A stretch of 64,000 nt of DNA from a virus. Lineage: Duplodnaviria > Caudoviricetes. The notes beneath the pieces were generated by a model that had not been told where the DNA came from, ran no database searches, and saw nothing but the letters and a program-made list of their open reading frames with translations. A program made the position numbers and the translations under genes. The first letter of the stretch is position 1, and every line of letters starts with the position of its first letter. Shown here piece by piece: positions 55,266-64,000 of the stretch. The stretch lies in IMG/VR virus record IMGVR_UViG_3300046779_001679, positions 1 to 64,000 of that record, one strand, 5' to 3'.

Positions 55266-55907
55266 TTATCCTGCCTGTCTTGTAAATGGCTCTTGAGGGA
55301 ACGGTACTTTCCATGGATCAATGCCAGCAAATGTTGTTGTAAGATCTCGTAGTTTTTGTCTGTATTCTTCCCAAACCGGTTTATCTGTGTCCGATGCTTG
55401 ACCGTAACGTATATCACTTGCGCCTAATAATGTATTTCTAACATTGATTAATTCTTCCCAAGTGACATGAGCTTGTTTCCAAGGATACGGTTTTACTGTT
55501 TCTTTAGTTTCTAAATTAACTTCAATTTCAGTTAGTTCGTATGTATGATCGGGAGGAGTTGGATCTGGGCAACCATAAGTACTTCCGTCTGGTAAAACTT
55601 CAACGGTATGTGTTAAATCTGCATAAACCTGTTCGCTATGGAATAAGCTAGCTAACACAGGATCTAATTCTGCGTCAATTGCTATCTTTGTCATTCCTGC
55701 TGGTGTAGGAACGTCAGCTCCGTTGTCTTTTTCTGTATAGTGAAATCTACTAGAAATTTTTCTAGTCTCATTATCAACAAACGCCCACAAGTATCTTGGA
55801 CCAGTGTAAGTCCAAGTTGCTGTCTTCTTCAAGCTATCTGATTGAGACAAATAGCTGTCAGGAATGTTGTATGTAAATGTTTTTTCAATGTTTGTGTTTT
55901 CTGCCAT
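55266..55907 (-). CDS. Tail-fibre assembly chaperone-like protein, paralog A
   Basis: W..LINVRNTLL.ASD...WEEYRQKLRDL; alignable by eye with the 53066 protein along its length. Confidence 0.75.
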   Translation of the reverse strand: MAENTNIEKTFTYNIPDSYLSQSDSLKKTATWTYTGPRYLWAFVDNETRKISSRFHYTEKDNGADVPTPAGMTKIAIDAELDPVLASLFHSEQVYADLTHTVEVLPDGSTYGCPDPTPPDHTYELTEIEVNLETKETVKPYPWKQAHVTWEELINVRNTLLGASDIRYGQASDTDKPVWEEYRQKLRDLTTTFAGIDPWKVPFPQEPFTRQAG

Positions 55908-55917
55908 TTTTTACCTC

Positions 55918-56670
55918 TTATTGTCCATAAGTAATCAATACTAATCCGCCGGCTCCCCAACCACCGAAGCAACATCCACCGCCGCAAGCACGCGAGTTTG
56001 CACCCGGTCCGCCTGGCCATCTAGATGGATAATAATCGTTACCGTTACGTGTTAACTGTGTAGTACAGTATTCCATACCTACTCTAAAAGTGTTACCGTA
56101 TTTGGCAGTCCCTGCTTGGCCAGTCCACTGGTTACTCCAGCAGTAGTTTGACTCTTTAGCAATGCTATTAATAGAAGGAGCTTGGAAATCTCCACTGCTT
56201 GTGCATCCATAGCTGCACGACGGAACGCAAATACCGGTACATCCTTGGTAGGATCTAAAGCATAAAGTACAGCCCATATAGCCGCCACCGGCGCAGGTTG
56301 CCATAGTGCCGTTTTGGCAAACTACCCAACTTGGATATCCGCATTGGCCGCAACATGTAGTTGCACAGCATCCTGACCCTGCTGCACATACACAAAAATA
56401 TGTACCAGCAGTTACTGTAAGTTGTTTTTTAACATAGTTACCAGAACCTGGTCCCCAGTAGTTACCCATACAGCAGCAAGAACCTGCACCATCGCCGCCA
56501 CCTCCCCATAATTCAAAAATAGCCCAAGTAACGCCCGTTGGAACTACCCAGCAGCAACATTGTCCGCCATTTGTAACACTTTGAATGTTAGTGTTATAGA
56601 TAGCTAGTTGTTGTTGAGTAAAGTTCGATGTAAACGTTGTATTAGGCAAAAGATCGCGTAATGATGACAT
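55918..56670 (-). CDS. Cys/Gly-rich adhesin-like protein 1 (250 aa, 26 Cys)
   Basis: FELWGGGGDGAG.CCC, WPGGPG, terminal WGAGGLVLITY. Confidence 0.75.
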   Translation of the reverse strand: MSSLRDLLPNTTFTSNFTQQQLAIYNTNIQSVTNGGQCCCWVVPTGVTWAIFELWGGGGDGAGSCCCMGNYWGPGSGNYVKKQLTVTAGTYFCVCAAGSGCCATTCCGQCGYPSWVVCQNGTMATCAGGGYMGCTLCFRSYQGCTGICVPSCSYGCTSSGDFQAPSINSIAKESNYCWSNQWTGQAGTAKYGNTFRVGMEYCTTQLTRNGNDYYPSRWPGGPGANSRACGGGCCFGGWGAGGLVLITYGQ

Positions 56671-56681
56671 GTCTGTTTACC

Positions 56682-57002
56682 TTATTTTAGAATTGTCCAA
56701 CCGAGTGCAGTGCTGTAAACCAGTGTAACAGTTGAGTTATTAACGTTAATTGTTAAGTTTTCTGCTAAGTTCTGAATGTTAGCGCCGTTTCTTGCTACAG
56801 TAATATTGTTAGACCCGCTAACACCTGCTGCATCAGTAATTTGTACGGTATCACCGTCTAACAAACTTCCTGCTGCTGGCAAAGTAATAGTAAATCCACC
56901 TGCTGTACAAAGAATACGATCGTTAACTTGAGCACTATAAGCACTGCTAATTACTCTAGTTACAGATCCAGCTGTACCAGTTGTTGTAATATATCTTCCC
57001 AT
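56682..57002 (-). CDS. Small fibre/baseplate-attachment beta-sandwich protein (T4 gp9/gp34-N-like repeat)
   Basis: TITLPA...GDTVQITD..G...NNITVARNG..I...ENLTIN...VTLVY...GW. Confidence 0.7.
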   Translation of the reverse strand: MGRYITTTGTAGSVTRVISSAYSAQVNDRILCTAGGFTITLPAAGSLLDGDTVQITDAAGVSGSNNITVARNGANIQNLAENLTINVNNSTVTLVYSTALGWTILK

Positions 57003-57026
57003 GTGATTAGTCCTTTATCAGTATAT

Positions 57027-57347
57027 TTATGACGTTGGCGTCTCAATTCCAAACGCCACTGCTGATGTGTTGCCTGTATTAGCGTAAACTACTAAATTGC
57101 GGCCTGCTTCTAGAACTAAACCAGTTCTTTCTAGCACACCCTTTGGTAGAATTTCTGTATCGTATTCGATCCATTCAGCTGCCGTTGGTGATGATGTAGC
57201 AGAAAGTGCAACTCTAGCAGTAATTGCAGAGTTACTTCTGTTACAAATCGATATTGTTGCTACTGCAAACGTATTTGATGGGCATGTATAAACAACCGTG
57301 TTTGTAGCGCCGGTTAAGTTTGATGTTCCCAAAACTCCTGTTGCCAT
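57027..57347 (-). CDS. Small beta-rich virion protein
   Basis: VYTCP...ISICNR...ERTGLVL...GIE; GGAG upstream. Confidence 0.65.
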   Translation of the reverse strand: MATGVLGTSNLTGATNTVVYTCPSNTFAVATISICNRSNSAITARVALSATSSPTAAEWIEYDTEILPKGVLERTGLVLEAGRNLVVYANTGNTSAVAFGIETPTS

Positions 57348-57359
57348 ATTTTTTCTCCA

Positions 57360-60300
57360 TTATCCTAAAAGTAAGAAGTCCATTGCGACTGGCAACCCAT
57401 TAATACCGCCAGTAAAATTCATGGTAGCTGAAACATTAATTTGTACACCAGTAGTAGTACTAATACTATTACCAGCAATATAAATTACACCAGCTGTTAG
57501 TGTATTTACGTTCAATGCACTTGATCCGCCGCCAATTTGTGACGCAATGTATGCCTTAATCGCTTTTTGTGTCGGAACAATATTATCACTGTTTGCAGTA
57601 AAATATTGATCTGTTGAGAACTGGGTAATTGTTGCGCCAGTTCCGCCAAGTGCAACTGAACCTAGTGTTAATGAGTTCAAACCAGCTAAGTTGAAAGCAT
57701 CAGCATTAATGCTTGCGACACCAGTTGCCTGTTCAACGGAGAACAGTGTACCTACTCTAAAGTTACCGTCTTGGTCAGTACTTGTATAGAATACACGACC
57801 GCCGCCATTTCCTACAGTTTCCTTACTAGGATCTGGAAGTTGTAACGGTGTATTTGGATAGTTAGTTGTTGTTACGTTACCAGTACCGATACTTAAGAAG
57901 TCATGGCCAGTTAATCGAACTTGACTATACTTGAGCCTTAGTGTAATGCCAGTGCCGTGGGCAGGAGCATTACCTGCTACTAAGTCTGGGCTGATTTGGA
58001 ATCTAGCTGTATATGGACTAGATCCACCTGCCCCATTACCTTGTGTACCTAAGTAGTTAGTAACTTGAACTAACTTGTAATAGTTGCCGTTTAGAGCAAT
58101 TTGAATGTTTGATCCAGGTGTTGGTTGCTCTAACAAACCTGCTACGTTAATAAAGTAACCAGTTTGATATTGATCTGCGTACCCGTTACCTTCGACTGTT
58201 GCAATAGCAGTAGCATATTGCAAGCCTCTGTTAACAAAGTTAGGACTTGCAAGAACACCGTTACTAGATCTAACTTGCCATGTTGCGCTCGATGTTTGGT
58301 TAGGATCAATAATTTGAATTGTTGGTGCCGACGGATAACTACTACCTGGCTCAACAACTCTAAATTCGCTAATCTCACCGTTAGTAACTTTTACACGGCC
58401 TTGAGCTGTGCAGCCTAAGTTTAGATAATTAGTAACAGAAGTGTTTGCCGATGATAACACAACCCATACTGGGCTTGAATTTGGGTTACCGTAAGCGACT
58501 TGATACCAGTTAAATGTTGTTGTTAAAGAACGTTGCTTCCAGTTAATACCGTCGTCTGATGTAGTAATGATATTGCTAGAAGATGCTGTTGCACAGAAAA
58601 CGCCTGCGCCGTAAACAACTTTTTGCCAGGAAGCAGTACCTAGACCGTTGTTTGTAGATAATGTCCAATTAATACCATCTTTAGAGTATGCAAATGCTGA
58701 CGATCCAGTTGCAACTGCAACAAACAATCCTTTACCAAATGTTACACTTACCCAACCAAGTGTTGCTGGTAGGGTTCTGCTGACCCAAGTAACTCCGTTG
58801 TCGCTACTTGATGCTGCTTGATTTGTGCCACTATTAACTGTAACATATACTCCATTACCATAAGCAAGTCCAGTCCATGCTCCGCTAGCAGGAAGTGTGC
58901 CGCCTGCTGTCCACGATGCTCCATTTGTAGAGTATGCTGTGCTTGTTGAACTACTACGTACTGCTACAAACACTCCTCTTCCGTAAGTTAATCCAGACCA
59001 ACCTCCAGAAGATGGCATGTTTCCACCTGTTATCCATGCAGACGTCGGATCATCAGTGTATTCGCAAATATTGCCGGCGCTAATTGCTACCCAGCGTCCT
59101 GCACCATACGCCATGACGTTCCAAAATACATTATTAGTTCTTGAGCCGCCACTAACAAAAGATGAACCAGTTGTGCTAATTGCAGTGCTAGTACCATTCT
59201 CAGGAAGAGCAACAAAATATCCGCCAATGCCTGTACCTGTGTAGGTAAAGTTTTGTATTGCACCAGTACTTGCATTAACATCGTTAACAGTAATAGTTAA
59301 ATTGTTAGCAGGTGCTGTGCCGCCAAGGCTTGTTCCTAGGATAGTTAATACATCGCCGTAACTATACCCAGTTCCTGGATTGTTAGATGTAACAGCATAT
59401 GATACACCTGTTCTTACAATAGTAAATGTAGCGTTTGCGCCAGTGCCGCCTGTTGCAGAAACGCCAACTGAACCAGCACCATTATAAGTTTTAATAGTAT
59501 CACCGTAAACTAGATTGAAATACGATCCAGCTACAATTGTGCCTTCTGTTGCAGTGTATGCAGGACTTGTAAACTTAACACGTGGTTCAATAATATAAGC
59601 GGTAGTTAAATCAAGTGCTGATACAATTGATGTACCTGGAATAATGTGATCCCAGCCAACTGCATGTAGCTCTAATGGGCCACCGCCTGATCCAGTACCA
59701 ACGGTAATCGCTGTTCCACCTACACCAGTTGACAGGCTAAATGTATTTCCGACGATGTTAACGACATAATAATTAGTGCCAACTGCTACACCTGACATAC
59801 CTGTTAGTAGAGTTCCGACTAACTGTACTCTCATATTTTCATATAAGGTTGTAGCATCTGCTACAGTAAATGTAACCGAGCTAGTAGATTGGATAGCAAG
59901 AGGTGTAAAACTTTCTTTACCAATTGTACCTGATTTTGTACCAGAATTATATGTTAAGAAATATCCAGTTTGTCCAGAACCAGTTCCACTAGTAATAATG
60001 ATTCTCATACCAACATATGCAGCACTAATTGCACTATCAGTTGCAGCAATAGTAATGCTTGTTGCTGATCCGCCTTGAGCTACGTTAGCGATAGATGCAT
60101 GATCAGCACCACTGCTTAGAATTCGACTTTCAAATACTCCACCGTCACGGAATTCTGGAGTGTATGCGTCAACTTCAACGTTATATCCAGTACCGCTAAC
60201 ACTAAATGTTGCAGAGTTATAGTTTGAACCTGCGTTAGTAAATTCAAGTCTACTTACAGTGTCAACACCGTCAGTAACTACTAAGCCAACTTGTGCTTCA

Positions 60301-63300
60301 TAATAACGGTTATTAACTGTTGCAGTAATTGGCACTTCATAAGTGTCAACACCTTCTGCTAACGATCCATATGTTCCGTAAGAGTTGTTACCGTTTGTAG
60401 CACGGATTTTTCCACCTAATTCGGCCAAATAACCGGCATAGTTGTAATAACTAAACACAGATACAAGTTCTGTTAATGCATTAGAGCCAGTACACCATAC
60501 ACCAATACCGTCGCTCAATACTTGTGTAAAGTCGTTTGACACGATTGAACGGTTACCTGCGCTGTGTAACGCACCGTCGATCTTGCATCCAACACATCCT
60601 GTACCAAATGTAGTTACGTTTTGTACGTATGGAGAACGAGGTGTAATCCATACATTGCTGTCTGTTGGACCGTAACCAGGATCTAGAGATGCATAAGCAC
60701 CTGCGGTTGGACGTTGTGTTCCGTAAGCATTTGCAGTACCTAATACACCATTTAAACCATTCAATGTCATATTACGAAGGCCTGTGCCGTTACGTAAGTA
60801 GAACATATCAGATAATTGTGATCCAGTAATGGCATGATTATACAATGTTGCAGCTCTTATTGACTTATAGTTACCTAAGTAGTTGATGTCATAAATCAAT
60901 GCATCAATATATGCTGCCATATCTCTCTTACAAGCAACTTCGTCAAAGCTGTAAGATACTGTCATAGAACCACTAGCAGTAATTACTTCAAATACTGTTG
61001 AAGATCCCTGGATTGGTGTAAGAGTAAAGGTAACTAACGACGGTGTTGTTAGAACATAGTAAGTTGTACCAGAAGTTACATTTCCAAATAAAGATCCGCC
61101 AGTAAATTTAACAGGATCACCAACAGTTAAGTTATGTGCAGACGATGTTGTAAATTCGTTTGTTCCAGATGTTGTATTTGTAACAGTGCCACCGAAGCTA
61201 GCATTAACCCATGCAGTAGCTTCGTTTGATAAGAATGATTTATTGATTCTTAAAATTTCAGCGCCATTGATAGTAGCTAGTACATTGTTATATTCATTAG
61301 TGCCACATGTTTCAACATTTCCGCCGACGGTACCTGTAATAGAACCGGTTGCGTCTACGTTAGTCATTGCATTTCCGCCATACGTATTAGTAATTCGAAT
61401 TGTCGTTGCATCGATAATCGAATGAATCCAGTATTGCTGGTTTGCTACAATCATGCCTAGTGAACCTGCAAACTTAACTGGAAGACCTGCGTAAATTCCA
61501 GTAGTCGACGACACAATAATATTGCCGCCAACTACTGTATCTGTGACAGTAATTGTAATAACGCCGGCAATAGTTTCAATAATATCGTTAATAGTTTCAA
61601 CAGCTTGTGCTGCTGATCCATATGCTGCAATTCGTTTTGCTTTTTGTGCAATAAAATTAATCGCACCAATTTCAGCAGCAAGCTGGGTGTTGAGCACCTC
61701 TTGAGCTGTTGCTCGGTGATATGCCATACCCGCCTTGATACTATTAAAATTTGTACCAAATAATACGTCGTATGCTATAGCTTCAACAATTAAACCAGCA
61801 TCTCTTGAGCATAAGGCCGAATTAAAGTTCATTGATTGGTAGAACTTGTTAACCCAAGCAACTGTGTCTGATTGAATTTCACTCTTAGCAGCAATCAATG
61901 CGTTAAATGCATTTTGTAAATCAGAGCTAAATGTATATGCTGGATATGCTAGGACTGACGGGCTTGTTCCGCCGCTAGTAATTGTTGCAATAATTTCATC
62001 AATTCTTGCTTGTGCAAATGTTGACGATTCTGCAGAGCCAGCAGTACCGCCTGTGTTTTGAACCAGTGCTGTTGATTTAGTCCAACTTGTATTTTCTGTG
62101 ATTACATAACCAACAACGTCAGCTAAATGGTTGTATGCTGCAATTACTTCATCCTTTTCTCCTGCGCCATAAACTCCTGCGCCGTTGGAGAAATATGCAT
62201 TAGCTGCAATTCTAGTTTGATAGTTGCCTCCGTATGTTAGGTCATAAATTAATGCGTCAATGATGTAACCAACATCGGCTTCGCAAGAAGCAGTATTGTA
62301 AGTAAAGGATCCAGTAAATGGAGCAATTGACCCAGCAACTTGATCTGCAATCCATTCGGTAATTTCGTTAATAATAAATGTTTTGTTTAGAAGTAACTGG
62401 TCTTTTGCATCACCGTATCCAATTAGGATAGAAGTATTATAACCAGTGTATTCAGTATACTCAAAGTCTGGTAAAGAACCAATACCGTTTGCCACAATTT
62501 CAGCAACAGTACCTGCACTCTTAAGAACGGATGCTACAGCACTCGTGCTTCCAGTATTTCCAACAATGTTTGATAGGTATTGTTGAGTTTCAGTATTTCC
62601 ACTAGTTGGAGTTATTGGGTTATTTAAAACTAAGTCAGGAATAATGTTTTTAATTCTATTCAGAACGCTGATAGTTTTTGGTTTATCGTTAACCAAGTTT
62701 GTGTTTGCCGGTGCTGGCTGAACAACGCTTGAGCGTAATTCGTCACCTACAATTGCTGTGTTTCTAGGAACAACAATTGGTAATACTTCGTTGTATGTCC
62801 CTGTCTTTACACTAATAGTTGTTCCAGGGTTTACTACAGCTGGAATAGCACTAGTTGTACCAGCTTCGAGGCCAGTAATAACAATGTCGACTAAGTTACT
62901 AGTAATAGTTGATGCGTTTTCTTCTGCTACTAAACTAAGATCTACAATTTGTATAGCTTGGTTAGCTAATAATACACCATTTAAATCCTGATAGTTTACT
63001 GCTGGTGCAGTATTGCTAACTACATTTTCGATCAATGTTTTTACGTATTCTAAAGTGCCAGTAAATGCTGGAATGTCATAGTCATTAACACCAGCTACAT
63101 AATCGTTGCCAGCAGCATTAAAATATGCAAGTGCAGTAGTAGTAGTTTGTAAAGTTCCGCTATGGCTTAGGTCAAATGCTACAGCATCAACCATAATTCC
63201 GGTATCTCGTTCAGTTGAGGCTTCGCTAAACACAAATGTTCCAGTCATTGATCCAGCACCTGCTGACAACGAACGAGCTCCACCGCCTAAAGTATTAGAA

Positions 63301-64000
63301 ACTTTGAAACTTGTATTTGCAGTAATGCTATGTACATAGTATGTTGTACCTGCTACAACACTCCCGACAGTACCAGTAAACACAATTGGCATGTTAACAT
63401 AGATGCCAGAAGTGTCTGTAGTTAAAAAGTCAGTAGCATTTGCTGCTGAAACAATAACTTTAAATGTTTGAGAAACATAGTTTTTTGCTTCTTTAATAAT
63501 GAATTGTTTATTTTTTCTTAACAACTCAGTTGCATTTGGATTTAGATAGCCGTCCTCGATTTGTTTGGCAGCAAATCTTACAGATTTCCAAGGCTTATCA
63601 ATCGTTAAACCTTGACCGTTTCCAGTAACATCTGCGCCAGAGTTTGCAACATACACGACATTATTGATAACACCAAAATAAGTCCAAGTTGGTTTTTCTC
63701 CTACTACGCGAAGAACTTGGCCATCGGTGCCAATTGGCAACCTTGTTGGGCCAGCACCGCCATAGTACAACGTATCGCCTTGTGTAGTTAAGATTGATGT
63801 GATCGAACCAACTGCTAATAAGTTCCAGTAGCTACCAGTAGTATCATTATCTGGTCTATTTAAAGTTGCACCAACGTGTGCTTGAGTACAAATATATGTG
63901 TTTACACCGAATGCAACAGAGTCACCTAATACATATGCGGTACCGCTAGCCCAAGTAACTGAAAAACCAGCCGGTGATACCGATTGCACTGCGCCGCCGC
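57360..64000 (-). CDS. Giant tail fibre/spike-like protein (more than 2200 aa, 5' end outside window)
   Basis: Frame open to the window edge; W..GT.Y..GD.V repeat, beta-helix-like segment, Asp-box repeats, CxRD/YGGN repeats. Confidence 0.8.
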   Translation of the reverse strand, partial: GGAVQSVSPAGFSVTWASGTAYVLGDSVAFGVNTYICTQAHVGATLNRPDNDTTGSYWNLLAVGSITSILTTQGDTLYYGGAGPTRLPIGTDGQVLRVVGEKPTWTYFGVINNVVYVANSGADVTGNGQGLTIDKPWKSVRFAAKQIEDGYLNPNATELLRKNKQFIIKEAKNYVSQTFKVIVSAANATDFLTTDTSGIYVNMPIVFTGTVGSVVAGTTYYVHSITANTSFKVSNTLGGGARSLSAGAGSMTGTFVFSEASTERDTGIMVDAVAFDLSHSGTLQTTTTALAYFNAAGNDYVAGVNDYDIPAFTGTLEYVKTLIENVVSNTAPAVNYQDLNGVLLANQAIQIVDLSLVAEENASTITSNLVDIVITGLEAGTTSAIPAVVNPGTTISVKTGTYNEVLPIVVPRNTAIVGDELRSSVVQPAPANTNLVNDKPKTISVLNRIKNIIPDLVLNNPITPTSGNTETQQYLSNIVGNTGSTSAVASVLKSAGTVAEIVANGIGSLPDFEYTEYTGYNTSILIGYGDAKDQLLLNKTFIINEITEWIADQVAGSIAPFTGSFTYNTASCEADVGYIIDALIYDLTYGGNYQTRIAANAYFSNGAGVYGAGEKDEVIAAYNHLADVVGYVITENTSWTKSTALVQNTGGTAGSAESSTFAQARIDEIIATITSGGTSPSVLAYPAYTFSSDLQNAFNALIAAKSEIQSDTVAWVNKFYQSMNFNSALCSRDAGLIVEAIAYDVLFGTNFNSIKAGMAYHRATAQEVLNTQLAAEIGAINFIAQKAKRIAAYGSAAQAVETINDIIETIAGVITITVTDTVVGGNIIVSSTTGIYAGLPVKFAGSLGMIVANQQYWIHSIIDATTIRITNTYGGNAMTNVDATGSITGTVGGNVETCGTNEYNNVLATINGAEILRINKSFLSNEATAWVNASFGGTVTNTTSGTNEFTTSSAHNLTVGDPVKFTGGSLFGNVTSGTTYYVLTTPSLVTFTLTPIQGSSTVFEVITASGSMTVSYSFDEVACKRDMAAYIDALIYDINYLGNYKSIRAATLYNHAITGSQLSDMFYLRNGTGLRNMTLNGLNGVLGTANAYGTQRPTAGAYASLDPGYGPTDSNVWITPRSPYVQNVTTFGTGCVGCKIDGALHSAGNRSIVSNDFTQVLSDGIGVWCTGSNALTELVSVFSYYNYAGYLAELGGKIRATNGNNSYGTYGSLAEGVDTYEVPITATVNNRYYEAQVGLVVTDGVDTVSRLEFTNAGSNYNSATFSVSGTGYNVEVDAYTPEFRDGGVFESRILSSGADHASIANVAQGGSATSITIAATDSAISAAYVGMRIIITSGTGSGQTGYFLTYNSGTKSGTIGKESFTPLAIQSTSSVTFTVADATTLYENMRVQLVGTLLTGMSGVAVGTNYYVVNIVGNTFSLSTGVGGTAITVGTGSGGGPLELHAVGWDHIIPGTSIVSALDLTTAYIIEPRVKFTSPAYTATEGTIVAGSYFNLVYGDTIKTYNGAGSVGVSATGGTGANATFTIVRTGVSYAVTSNNPGTGYSYGDVLTILGTSLGGTAPANNLTITVNDVNASTGAIQNFTYTGTGIGGYFVALPENGTSTAISTTGSSFVSGGSRTNNVFWNVMAYGAGRWVAISAGNICEYTDDPTSAWITGGNMPSSGGWSGLTYGRGVFVAVRSSSTSTAYSTNGASWTAGGTLPASGAWTGLAYGNGVYVTVNSGTNQAASSSDNGVTWVSRTLPATLGWVSVTFGKGLFVAVATGSSAFAYSKDGINWTLSTNNGLGTASWQKVVYGAGVFCATASSSNIITTSDDGINWKQRSLTTTFNWYQVAYGNPNSSPVWVVLSSANTSVTNYLNLGCTAQGRVKVTNGEISEFRVVEPGSSYPSAPTIQIIDPNQTSSATWQVRSSNGVLASPNFVNRGLQYATAIATVEGNGYADQYQTGYFINVAGLLEQPTPGSNIQIALNGNYYKLVQVTNYLGTQGNGAGGSSPYTARFQISPDLVAGNAPAHGTGITLRLKYSQVRLTGHDFLSIGTGNVTTTNYPNTPLQLPDPSKETVGNGGGRVFYTSTDQDGNFRVGTLFSVEQATGVASINADAFNLAGLNSLTLGSVALGGTGATITQFSTDQYFTANSDNIVPTQKAIKAYIASQIGGGSSALNVNTLTAGVIYIAGNSISTTTGVQINVSATMNFTGGINGLPVAMDFLLLG

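Noticed and set aside
53748-56670. Diversity-generating retroelement acting on the adhesin paralogs
   Set aside because: No reverse transcriptase and no ~100-nt template/variable repeat pair differing at adenines in the window
7343-63339. Numerous short antisense or overlapping ORFs in the track (e.g. 8746..9168, 21640..21996, 48414..48758, 53029..53226)
   Set aside because: They shadow well-supported genes, lack RBS or promoters, and reflect reverse-complement codon bias
1-64000. Alternative genetic code (stop-codon reassignment seen in some large phages)
   Set aside because: Core genes, including 2200-2500-aa ORFs, are intact in the standard code with tight gene packing

Overview
AT-rich 64-kb segment of a large, probably jumbo, lytic myophage distantly related to the T4 superfamily. 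It is not cellular: there are no host housekeeping operons, and no tRNA, CRISPR array or integrase was seen. It reads cleanly in the standard code. From start to end: (1) 1-1.5 kb is a compositionally distinct, putatively early or terminal region with a 684-nt stretch lacking TpC, many AGCCCC/GGGGCT motifs and two small genes. (2) 1.5-8 kb holds small late genes, a GH19 muralytic enzyme and putative head-internal proteins. (3) 8-22.6 kb is a T4-like replication/recombination operon (gp41-like helicase, primase, gp62-like, UvsW, UvsY, UvsX/RecA, gp32). It contains a 192-aa DnaE-type polymerase core and a half carbamoyltransferase; no family-B polymerase lies in the window. (4) 22.8-40.8 kb covers packaging and morphogenesis (both terminase subunits, gp4, tube, sheath, gp13/14/15) plus dNMP kinase, an HNH-like protein, ClpS and a Nudix enzyme. 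(5) 40.8-64 kb has two giant fibre-like genes flanking a divergent GT9/SGNH/carbamoyltransferase operon and three equal-length, about 10% Cys, Gly-rich adhesin-like paralogs with two chaperones. Family calls come from motifs recognised by eye; no database search was run.
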